From an uncultured Solibacteraceae bacterium (GTDB lineage: Bacteria; Acidobacteriota; Terriglobia; Bryobacterales; Bryobacteraceae), in assembly GCA_964461995.1 (NCBI GenBank), contig CAYWXL010000013.1:18039-82038 (forward strand): DNA of 64,000 nucleotides, read 5' to 3'. The translations under genes and the position numbers were made by a program. The notes under the pieces are model-generated. The model did not search any database. It was not told where the DNA came from and worked only from the letters and a program-made list of their open reading frames with translations. Of this stretch, positions 20,158 through 31,981 are shown piece after piece. Numbering within the stretch: the first letter of the stretch is position 1; each line of letters begins with the position of its first letter.

Positions 20158-21207
20158 ATGTGCTACGACGACCTGGTTTCGGTCACGATCGTGACTTACA
20201 ACAGCGGGCGGTTCATCAAGCGGTGTCTGGAGTCCGTCCTCGAGCAGAAACACCCCTACCTGGAGGTGATCGTTGTCGATAACGCGTCGACAGACGGCAC
20301 GGTGGACATTCTCGAGCAGTTCGAAGACCGGTGCCACATCATCTATAACGATCGAAACGTCGGCTTCGCCGCCGCCCAGAATCAGGCGATCCGGCTGGCG
20401 CAGGGTGACTGGGTGCTCACCCTGAACCCCGACGTACTGCTCTTGCCCACCTTCGTACCCGCGTTGCTGGAGGCCGGCTACATCGACCGCCGGGTGGGGA
20501 CGGTGTGCGGGAAATTGCTGACTCTCACCCCCGACTTCCACATTCCGGATAAGCCCCTCGTGGACTCAACGGGGATCTACTTCAACCCGATGCTCCGTCA
20601 CCTCGACCGCGGAAGCCAGGAGGTGGACAACGGGCATTACATGAACTTCGAATACGTCTTCGGCGCCACGGCGGCCGCAGCCCTTTACCGCCGGAAGATG
20701 ATCGAGGACGTCACCATCAACGGAGAGTTCTTCGACCCGGATTTCTTCGTCTATCGCGAAGACGCCGATGTCGCCTGGCGGGCGCAGTTGATGGGTTGGC
20801 GCTGCATCTACACGCCGAGAGCCCGCGGGTACCACGTCCGCACGGTGCTGCCGGGAAACCGGCGCGCCCTGCCCGCCGAAATCAACATGCACTCCGTGAA
20901 GAACCGGTTCTTGATGCGAATCAAGAACATGACCGGCGATCTCTACCGCCGGAACTGGCTGTCCATCACGGCTCGGGACCTCATGGTGATCGGCTGCTGT
21001 CTGCTGCGCGAGCACAGCTCGTTGCGCGCGTTCTGGTACCTAGCGAAGAACTGGCGCCGCTTTTACGCGAAACGCCGGCAGATCATGCGGCGGCGCCGGG
21101 CGAGCGACGCCTATCTCGCCACTTGGTTCTCTTACCAGCCGGCCAGCCGGCCGGCTCCGAAACCCTCGGCGCGCCTCTACGCCCGGGTGCGCGCCGCACG
21201 CGGCTGA
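20158..21207 (+). CDS. Glycosyltransferase family 2
   Basis: VSVTIVTYNS, VVDNASTDGT, NVGFAAAQNQA, NPDVLL and YREDADVAWR are present. Confidence 0.8.
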   Translation: MCYDDLVSVTIVTYNSGRFIKRCLESVLEQKHPYLEVIVVDNASTDGTVDILEQFEDRCHIIYNDRNVGFAAAQNQAIRLAQGDWVLTLNPDVLLLPTFVPALLEAGYIDRRVGTVCGKLLTLTPDFHIPDKPLVDSTGIYFNPMLRHLDRGSQEVDNGHYMNFEYVFGATAAAALYRRKMIEDVTINGEFFDPDFFVYREDADVAWRAQLMGWRCIYTPRARGYHVRTVLPGNRRALPAEINMHSVKNRFLMRIKNMTGDLYRRNWLSITARDLMVIGCCLLREHSSLRAFWYLAKNWRRFYAKRRQIMRRRRASDAYLATWFSYQPASRPAPKPSARLYARVRAARG

Positions 21208-22310
21208 TGCGAGTGGCGATCGTCGGAACCCGGGGCATCCCGGCCTGTTACGGGGGATTCGAAACTTTCGCCGAGGAGTTATCCGCCCGGCTGGCAGAGC
21301 GCGGGCACAAGCCGGTCGTCTACTGCCGCCAGCGCCACGCGGAACCCTCCTATCGCGGGGCGAAGCTGGTGTATTTGCCCACGATCCGCCACAAATACTT
21401 CGACACAATCGCCCATACTTTCCTCTCGACGGTAGACCTGATGTTCCGGCGGGCGGACGTGGCCCTCTACTGCAACGCAGCCAACGCGGTGTTCACCCTT
21501 CTGCCGCGGTTGACGGGCATTCCGGTGGTCTTGAACGTGGACGGCCTCGAGCGCAAGCGCAAGAAGTGGAACCGCGCCGGGCGGGCTTGGTACGCGATCT
21601 CCGAGTGGCTTTCCACCATCCTGCCGACGGAGGTCGTCTCGGACGCCGAGCAGATCCAGCGGTACTACCGCAGCCGGTACGGCAAGGAGACGACCTTCAT
21701 CCCCTACGGCGCCGAAACCGGGAAGGTCGAGACGTTGGAGACGCCGTTGCGCCTTGGTCTGGAACCCGGCCGCTACTTTCTTTACGTCAGCCGGATGGAG
21801 CCGGAAAACAACGCCCTGCTGGTGCGCCGGGCGTTCGAGCAGGTCGAAACGGACATGAAACTGGCGTTGGTGGGCGACGCCCCGTACGCCGCCGCTTATA
21901 TACAGCAAGTCCGGCAGACGCGGGATCCGCGGATCCTGTTCCCCGGAGCCATCTACGGAACCGGCTACCACGAGCTGCTCTCGCACTGTTTCGCCTACAT
22001 TCATGCCACCGAGGTTGGGGGCACTCACCCGGCGCTGATCGAAGCCATGGGGCGAGGGGCGCTCGTCCTCTATCTCGACACTGAGGAGAACGCTGAGGTG
22101 GCGTCCGGAGCGGCGCTGCCGTTCCAGCGGGACGGCCTCGCAGACCGGATCCGTGAAGTTCTCGCGATGGACGAAGAGGAGCGCAACCAATGGCGGCGCC
22201 GGGCCGTCGAGCGCGTAAAGACGAGGTACAGTTGGGACGCCGTAACGGACGCCTACGAGAAACTGTTGCGGACTCTCACGCGAGAGAGCCGGAGGGAGAT
22301 GTCCGCGTGA
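21207..22310 (+). CDS. Glycosyltransferase family 4 (DUF1972-type N-terminus)
   Basis: MRVAIVGTRGIPACYGGFETFAEELSARL... The ATG overlaps the upstream TGA (cTGATGc). GT-B C-terminal EVGGTHPALIEAMGRG motif present. The track start at 20796 is an extension inside the previous gene. Confidence 0.8.
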   Translation: MRVAIVGTRGIPACYGGFETFAEELSARLAERGHKPVVYCRQRHAEPSYRGAKLVYLPTIRHKYFDTIAHTFLSTVDLMFRRADVALYCNAANAVFTLLPRLTGIPVVLNVDGLERKRKKWNRAGRAWYAISEWLSTILPTEVVSDAEQIQRYYRSRYGKETTFIPYGAETGKVETLETPLRLGLEPGRYFLYVSRMEPENNALLVRRAFEQVETDMKLALVGDAPYAAAYIQQVRQTRDPRILFPGAIYGTGYHELLSHCFAYIHATEVGGTHPALIEAMGRGALVLYLDTEENAEVASGAALPFQRDGLADRIREVLAMDEEERNQWRRRAVERVKTRYSWDAVTDAYEKLLRTLTRESRREMSA

Positions 22311-22312
22311 CG

Positions 22313-23440
22313 ATGGAGAAAGGCCTGCGTTCCTGGGTGGAGGTTTCCCGCAGCCGCTTGGCGGCGAACTTTCGGGCGGTGCGCGAGCTGGTGGGCCCGG
22401 GCGTGGAAGTGATGCCGGTGGTCAAGGCCGACGCCTACCGCCACGGCGCGGTGGAGGTCTCCCGGGTTCTGGAAAAGGAGGGCGCCCGGTGGCTGGCCGT
22501 CAGCAGCGTGGAGGAAGGCGTGGCGTTACGGGAGGCCGGCATCCAGGCCCGGATTCTCGTGATGGCCGACTTTCTTCCGTGCGAACGGGAGGCGCTGCTC
22601 CAGTACGGCCTGACCCCTGCCATCCACAGCCTGGAAGACGTCGGCGCTCTCGACCGGCTGGCGGCGGCGCGCGGCGTTCAGGTGCCGTATCACCTCAAGG
22701 TCGATACGGGACTCGGCCGGTTAGGCACCCTGGCCGATGTGGGGGCGATTGTGGAGGCTGCCCGGGCGGCCCGCCACGCGGCGCTCGAGGGACTCATGAC
22801 GCATTTTGCCTCCGCCGCCTTTTACGATAGTGATCAAACTGCCGGCCAAATCGCAGCCTTCCGCGAGATCCGCTCGGCGCTGATCCGCGCCGGGCTGCCG
22901 CCGCGTTACTGGCACATGTCGGCGACCATACCCGTGGCTTACGGGCGGCGGGAGGCGTGGGGAAATATGGTCCGGCCCGGCCACGCGATCTACGGCTACG
23001 TGTCGCCCGTGCGTGGCGCCGCCCCCCGAAAGGAACTGGAGGTCAAGCCCGCGCTGACGTGGAAAGCGACCGTCCTCGAGATTAAGAACGTCCCCGCCGG
23101 GGCGCCCATCGGCTACGGGGCGATGTTCCGCACGCAACGGCCGACACGGCTGGCGGTGCTCGCCGTGGGGTACGCGGACGGGTTGCCTCATCGTCTCTCC
23201 AACCGCGGGCGCGTAATCGCCGCCGGGCGTCTCGTGCCGATCCTTGGAGCCGTGTCCATGGACCTGACCACGGTAGATGTGACCGGCTGCCCGGAGGTGC
23301 GGCCGGGGGACGCTGTCATCCTGATCGGAGAACAGGGAAACGCACGGATCGACGCCCAGGAGATGGCGAAATCCGCCGGGACGATCTCCTACGCCGTGCT
23401 ATGCGGCATCAGCGTGCGGGTGCGCCGGATCTACGTCTAA
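22313..23440 (+). CDS. alr: Alanine racemase
   Basis: MPVVKADAYRHGA is the PLP-Lys motif, and length and C-terminal beta-domain fit Alr. Alternative GTG start at 22307 (GTGA overlap with the upstream stop). Confidence 0.85.
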   Translation: MEKGLRSWVEVSRSRLAANFRAVRELVGPGVEVMPVVKADAYRHGAVEVSRVLEKEGARWLAVSSVEEGVALREAGIQARILVMADFLPCEREALLQYGLTPAIHSLEDVGALDRLAAARGVQVPYHLKVDTGLGRLGTLADVGAIVEAARAARHAALEGLMTHFASAAFYDSDQTAGQIAAFREIRSALIRAGLPPRYWHMSATIPVAYGRREAWGNMVRPGHAIYGYVSPVRGAAPRKELEVKPALTWKATVLEIKNVPAGAPIGYGAMFRTQRPTRLAVLAVGYADGLPHRLSNRGRVIAAGRLVPILGAVSMDLTTVDVTGCPEVRPGDAVILIGEQGNARIDAQEMAKSAGTISYAVLCGISVRVRRIYV

Positions 23441-23460
23441 AGGCCCCCGGCACCGCAGCG

Positions 23461-23769
23461 AAAACAGAATTTTAAGCCGATGTTTGACGGAACCCGCATG
23501 CCTACCTACTACATTTGTGGTACTTGACTATACCTTTGTAATCTGTTGTGAACAAAGGATTAACAATTTCACGAATTCCTTGTGTCGAGCGGGGTCAACT
23601 GTGGTAGACTGATTTTCCGCAGCCGATAGGTGCGGTGACGCACACGCCGGTGCAGGCTGCATCTCGCCGTCGGTTCCAGCCGAAACGGAGACAATGGATA
23701 TCGGGATTATCCACAGTCTGTGGAAAAGATGTGGGTATTTTGTGCTTCGCGGCACAAGAGTCAGGCGAT
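23461..23769. promoter_or_regulatory. dnaA upstream region: candidate oriC part / dnaA promoter with DnaA boxes and AT-richer stretches
   Basis: 329-bp noncoding gap, visibly less GC-rich around 23461-23580. Holds a perfect DnaA box and several 1-3-mismatch boxes (tgtgaacaa, tgtggtaga, tgtggtact, tgtgggtat). Confidence 0.55.
23707..23727. promoter_or_regulatory. Inverted pair of DnaA boxes
   Basis: TTATCCACA (23707-23715, perfect consensus), then gtc, then TGTGGAAAA (23719-23727, equal to TTTTCCACA on the other strand, 1 mismatch). Lies about 45 bp upstream of the dnaA ATG. Confidence 0.7.
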
Positions 23770-25098
23770 ATGGACGTTTGGGAACGGATCAAGCAACACC
23801 TCGCCACGCAGCTCAGCGCACAGAGCTACCGAAACTGGCTGGAAAAGACCACACTGCAGAATGCCACCGATGACGTCCTCTATGTCGGGGTTCCCGATGC
23901 AGCCAGCCGTGAGTGGATCGAGCAGGAGTACGGCGGCCGGATCCTCTCGGCAATCCGGACCCTGGGCCTACCATACCAAGCCGTCGTCTACCAGGTTCAT
24001 GCGAATGGCGACCTTGCAACGGCCACAGCAGCGTACTCTCAGAAGGCCAGCTCTGACCAGGAGGATACCCTCTCGCTGGGCTTCTCCCAGCTGAACCCGC
24101 GCTTCACCTTCAGCAACTTCGTCGTGGGGCCGTGCAACCAATTCGCCCATGCGGCGGCGAGGGCGGTGGCGGAGATGCCAACTCGGAGCTACAACCCGCT
24201 TTTCATCTACGGCGGTACCGGGATGGGTAAGACCCACCTGATGCATGCCATCGGCCACTCACTCCTGGAGACTAGCCGCGGGGTCCGGGTCGTCTACACC
24301 ACAGGTGAGCGCTTCATGAATGAGCTGATCCGCTGCATCCGTACCGACCAGATGGGCCTGTTCCACCGCCATTACCGGCAGGCCGACGTCCTTTTGGTGG
24401 ACGACATCCATGTGCTAGCGAACAAAGAGAGAACACAAGAGGAGTTTTTTCACACGTTCAACGAACTCTACGACCACCAGAAGCAGATCGTGCTCTCGAG
24501 CGATTCTCCCCCCAGCGACGTGCCGGGCCTCGTAGACCGTCTCAGGTCCCGCTTCGAGTGGGGCTTACTGGTTGACGTTCAACCACCAGATCTGGAGACG
24601 AAGATGGCCATCCTCGACCGGAAGGCAGAGATCGAAGGCATTGAGTTGCCGGAGGACGTCCGCATCTTCATCGCCACCAAGGCGAAGTCGAACGTTCGCG
24701 AACTCGAGGGAGCTCTGATCAAGCTCATTGCGTACTCCTCAGTCACCGGTGAGAAGGTCACCCTGACAATGGCACGGCAGGTTCTGAAACATTTCGATGC
24801 CGGCCAGCGCCACCGCATCACCATCGACTCCATCATCCGGGAGGTGGCCGAGCGCTTCAACCTCCAGCCCTCCCAGATCAAGCAGCGCACGAACGCCCGG
24901 AAGATCGCTTACCCGCGGCAGATCGCTATGTATCTAGCCAAGGAACTCACTCCAGCATCGCTTCCGGAGATTGGGCGGGCATTTGGCGGGAAGCACCACA
25001 CCACTGTGCTCCACTCGGTCCAGAAGATCGACCGGCTCCGCCAAAAGGATCCGGACTTGAACAGGATTCTCAACAGCCTAATCGACTCGCTCAGCTAG
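23770..25098 (+). CDS. dnaA: Chromosomal replication initiator protein DnaA
   Basis: MDVWERIKQHLATQLS..YRNWL N-terminus. Walker A GGTGMGKTHL, Walker B LLVDDIHVL, C-terminal DNA-binding IAMYLAKELT..SLPEIGRAFGGKHHTTVLHSVQKI. The track start at 23635 is treated as an extension across the DnaA boxes. Confidence 0.92.
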   Translation: MDVWERIKQHLATQLSAQSYRNWLEKTTLQNATDDVLYVGVPDAASREWIEQEYGGRILSAIRTLGLPYQAVVYQVHANGDLATATAAYSQKASSDQEDTLSLGFSQLNPRFTFSNFVVGPCNQFAHAAARAVAEMPTRSYNPLFIYGGTGMGKTHLMHAIGHSLLETSRGVRVVYTTGERFMNELIRCIRTDQMGLFHRHYRQADVLLVDDIHVLANKERTQEEFFHTFNELYDHQKQIVLSSDSPPSDVPGLVDRLRSRFEWGLLVDVQPPDLETKMAILDRKAEIEGIELPEDVRIFIATKAKSNVRELEGALIKLIAYSSVTGEKVTLTMARQVLKHFDAGQRHRITIDSIIREVAERFNLQPSQIKQRTNARKIAYPRQIAMYLAKELTPASLPEIGRAFGGKHHTTVLHSVQKIDRLRQKDPDLNRILNSLIDSLS

Positions 25099-25341
25099 CT
25101 TTGCACGATGATCCACACCCATCCCCCAGCGCCCGGGAAGGAAACCTGTGGAGGAGGCATGGAGCCCGTCGTGAGCCACACCGCACGCCCAGTTTTTCAA
25201 CCGGCGTCGGAACAGCCAAACTCCTTGATTTGGTATAATTTAGAGAGAAATCAACATTTCAACAGCCCCGATGACTACGGTATCCCTAAAGCATCACTGA
25301 TAGGTAGTGGCAGGAGGGAATAGGGCAGGAGGCCGAAGATC
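25099..25341. promoter_or_regulatory. dnaA-dnaN spacer: second oriC candidate (DnaA-box-like sites plus AT-rich stretch)
   Basis: TGATCCACA at 25110-25118 (1 mismatch) and tgtggagga at 25148-25156 (2 mismatches on the reverse strand). AT-rich ttgatttggtataatttagagagaaatcaacatttcaac at about 25226-25262. Confidence 0.45.
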
Positions 25342-28966
<3,625 letters not shown>

Positions 28967-29333
28967 AATCCACGGCGGCCCTTGAGCCTGTCCCTTGCGC
29001 ATTTCCTGCCCATGTTCGCTCAGCGCCCGGATATCGCCGCCTTAGGGCTCAGGGCCTCGCGGATCATCTCAAGGTTGGTCTCGTATTACCGATTTAGAGA
29101 ATCAAGGGGGGAAATGTGTGGTGATCGGGCGGCGCGTGAGCGCCGGCGGCGGAACGCCGGCACGGGCTTGGCGGGAGGCGAAGCAGCGCGGGAGTCCTTG
29201 AGAGCCATCCGCTTGCGGTATCGATTTTCCCGGCTTTGCTCCATACTGGAACGAGCAACCGGGTGGGAGGGTTTGTGAAGGCCCGGGAGCCGGGCAGTAG
29301 AAAACACCGGATCCGTCATCGCCGGTGGCGCAT

Positions 29334-29345
29334 TGGAGATCTCCA
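29334..29345. repeat. Perfect 12-bp palindrome TGGAGATCTCCA in the gyrB / histidine-kinase intergenic region
   Basis: Read directly. Lies about 80 bp upstream of the kinase ATG at 29427, so it could be an operator. Confidence 0.4.
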
Positions 29346-29426
29346 GTGGACAACGGCGGCCACGCAGAGACGGCCCGGAGGCCATGCCTCGCCTGCGGAC
29401 TGTATCCGGTCGCAAGCGAGGATGTC

Positions 29427-31943
29427 ATGAATATTTGCTTGCTCATCCGGTCTTCTCCTGATGCGGTCCTTCTCGTGGACGCGCAGAGCCTCGAAATCCT
29501 GGACGCGAACCAGCACGCCGAGGCCTTGTTCGAGATGCGTTGCGAGCAGTTGCGGCGCGCCGGCGTGGCGGGCTTGCTGGCGGAGGAGCAAGGGGAAGGA
29601 CGTTCCCGGGCCGAGGTGATCGCCGAACTCCGCATGCGCCTCGGCGATGACCAACTCCACCAGGACGAGTACGTCACCTGCAGCCCCGGAAGGGGCCGTT
29701 TCTTCACTGAGACCCGGATCGTGCCGCTCCCGGGCGGGGCCGGGCGGCGGATGGCCCTGTTGAGTTTCGTGGACGTCACTGCGCGAAAACGCGCCGAGGA
29801 GAAGTTGCGTGAAAGCGAGGCTCGTTACCGGACGCTATTCGAGGCGGCGAACGACGCGATCTTCCTCGTCAAGGGCGACCGTTTCGTGGACTGCAATCCC
29901 AAGACTTTGGAGATGTTCGGGGGCAGCAGGAGCGAAATCATCGGAGCATCACCATATGCTTTGTCCCCGCCGGAGCAGCCGGACGGATCAAAGTCGGACG
30001 TGAAGGCGATGAAGTACATCGAGAAAGCCCTTTCCGGGGAGCCGCAGCGCTTCGAGTGGAGGCACCGGCGTTTAGACGGCGCGCTCTTCGATACGGAGGT
30101 GAGCCTGAACCCGGTCACGCTCGGCGGCGAGGTGCTGCTGCAGGCCATCGTCCGGGATATCACACAGCGCAAACAGGCTGATGAAGCGCTTCGGATAGGG
30201 AGTGTCTTCGAGCGTTTGGTGACCAGCGTGTCGGCCCGGTACATCCAGAGTCCCGCTGAGCGGGTATACGACGCCATTGAGCAGGCTCTCATGGAGATCG
30301 GGGAGTTTGCAGGGGTGGACCGCAGCTACGTCTTCGTCTTCTTACCGGAGGGAGACCAGGTTCAGTGCATCGCAGAGTGGGCGCGGCCCGGCGTGAAACG
30401 CCACGGAGGCTTTGGCGCCAAGCCGGTCTCCTTGAAGGCGCACGATTGGTGGCGTGGCTGCATGGAGCGCAATGAGGTCATCCACGTCCAGACGCTCGGC
30501 GAGTTGCCCGCTGAGGCGGAGGCCACGCGGGCCGCTTTCGAGGAGATGGGGGCCCGGTCCGTACTTCACGTTCCGATGTTCTACGGCGACAGGCTCATCG
30601 GTTTTATGGGGTGGTCCTCGGTGACCGAAGAGCGGAAGTTCTCCGAAGGCAGCATTGCCCTCCTGCGCGTGGTGGCGGAGATCACGGCCGGCGCCCTCGA
30701 ACGCCGTCGGCGTGAGCTCGAGTTACGGGAAGCAAAGAAGGCTGCGGAGGCCGCGAACGAGGCCAAGAGCCGTTTCCTGGCCAACATGAGCCATGAGATC
30801 CGCACGCCGCTGAACGGGATCCTCGGTATGGCGCGGCTGCTTCGGGACGCAGGCCTGACACCGGCTCAACTGGACATGGCGGAGACAATCGAAGAGTCTG
30901 CCCAGGCTCTCATCCGCGTCGTGGATGACATCCTGGAGTTCTCAAGGATCGACCGGGGGCGTATCGAGTTCAAGCACGCCCCGTTCGACCTGCGGGCGGT
31001 TCTGGAGGAGGCGCTGCACCTCGTCCAGCCGGCCGCTACGAAAAAAGACCTTCGCCTGGAGCTTCGTTACAGCGGGACGCTGCCGCGGCGGTTCGTGGGC
31101 GACATGGGCCGGCTCCGACAGGTGATGCTGCACTTGCTGGGGAATGCGATCAAGTTCACGGACCGGGGAAGCGTAGCGCTCGAGGTGGACGAGGCTTACA
31201 ATTGGGCCACCCGGCGGATGGTCCGGCTGTCGGTACGTGACACCGGCATCGGCATCCCAGTGGAGAAGCAGCGGTTATTGTTCGAGAAGTTCACCCAATT
31301 GGACAGCTCGACGAGCCGCCGCTACGGCGGGACGGGGTTGGGCTTGGCGATCTCGAACGGGCTGGTGCGGCTGATGGGAGGGCGGATCACGGTGGAGAGC
31401 CAACCTGGGCGGGGTTCGACGTTCACCGTGACTCTTCCGCTCGAACCGGTCGAGAACGAGGGCGCGGGCGGTGAGGGCATCCGCCGGGAGATGTCCAAGG
31501 CCGGGTCCCCGCGGCGCCCGGCGCCGGCGGGGGAAGACATCCGCCCGGACAGCCCTTTCGCCGGACGGCGGGCGCTTCTGGTCGAAGACAACCCAGTGAA
31601 TCGGAAGGTTGGAGCGGGGCTGCTGGCGAAACTCGGCTTCGCCGTAGATGTTGTCAACGATGGACGCCAGGCTTTGGAGACCATTGCCGCCAAGAAATAC
31701 GACGTCGTGATGATGGACTGCCAGATGCCCGGGATGGACGGGCTGGAAGCCACGCGCCGGTTACGCGCCATGGGTTCGGAGGCCGCCAAGACACTGGTGA
31801 TCGCCATGACGGCGTACTCCCTGCAGGAAGACCGCGCTCGCTGCTTGGCGGCGGGGATGGACGATTACGTCAGCAAGCCGATCCGGCTGGAAGAACTGAA
31901 AACCGTGCTGTCCCGGCACCTCACGCCGTGCGGCCCCTCATGA
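29427..31943 (+). CDS. PAS/GAF-containing hybrid sensor histidine kinase / response regulator
   Basis: Two PAS-like segments (SPDAVLLVDAQSLEILDAN...; ESEARYRTLFEAANDAIFLV...VRDITQRKQA) and a GAF-like segment. HisKA FLANMSHEIRTPLNGILGM, HATPase (DTGIGIP, GGTGLGLAI), REC (LLVEDNPVNRKV...VMMDCQMPGMDG). The start could be earlier (29325). Confidence 0.8.
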   Translation: MNICLLIRSSPDAVLLVDAQSLEILDANQHAEALFEMRCEQLRRAGVAGLLAEEQGEGRSRAEVIAELRMRLGDDQLHQDEYVTCSPGRGRFFTETRIVPLPGGAGRRMALLSFVDVTARKRAEEKLRESEARYRTLFEAANDAIFLVKGDRFVDCNPKTLEMFGGSRSEIIGASPYALSPPEQPDGSKSDVKAMKYIEKALSGEPQRFEWRHRRLDGALFDTEVSLNPVTLGGEVLLQAIVRDITQRKQADEALRIGSVFERLVTSVSARYIQSPAERVYDAIEQALMEIGEFAGVDRSYVFVFLPEGDQVQCIAEWARPGVKRHGGFGAKPVSLKAHDWWRGCMERNEVIHVQTLGELPAEAEATRAAFEEMGARSVLHVPMFYGDRLIGFMGWSSVTEERKFSEGSIALLRVVAEITAGALERRRRELELREAKKAAEAANEAKSRFLANMSHEIRTPLNGILGMARLLRDAGLTPAQLDMAETIEESAQALIRVVDDILEFSRIDRGRIEFKHAPFDLRAVLEEALHLVQPAATKKDLRLELRYSGTLPRRFVGDMGRLRQVMLHLLGNAIKFTDRGSVALEVDEAYNWATRRMVRLSVRDTGIGIPVEKQRLLFEKFTQLDSSTSRRYGGTGLGLAISNGLVRLMGGRITVESQPGRGSTFTVTLPLEPVENEGAGGEGIRREMSKAGSPRRPAPAGEDIRPDSPFAGRRALLVEDNPVNRKVGAGLLAKLGFAVDVVNDGRQALETIAAKKYDVVMMDCQMPGMDGLEATRRLRAMGSEAAKTLVIAMTAYSLQEDRARCLAAGMDDYVSKPIRLEELKTVLSRHLTPCGPS

Positions 31944-31981
31944 AAAACGCCGGGGTCGGAAAATGTTATCATGATGCCTGC

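Noticed and set aside
28982-29415. ORFs 28982-29278 (+) and 29086-29415 (-) in the gyrB-kinase gap as real genes or a hidden selenoprotein
   Set aside because: They have alternative-codon starts, no SD, overlap each other, and have Arg/Gly/Pro-rich products. Reading through the TGA at 29276 gives no redox motif (no CxxU or CxxC).
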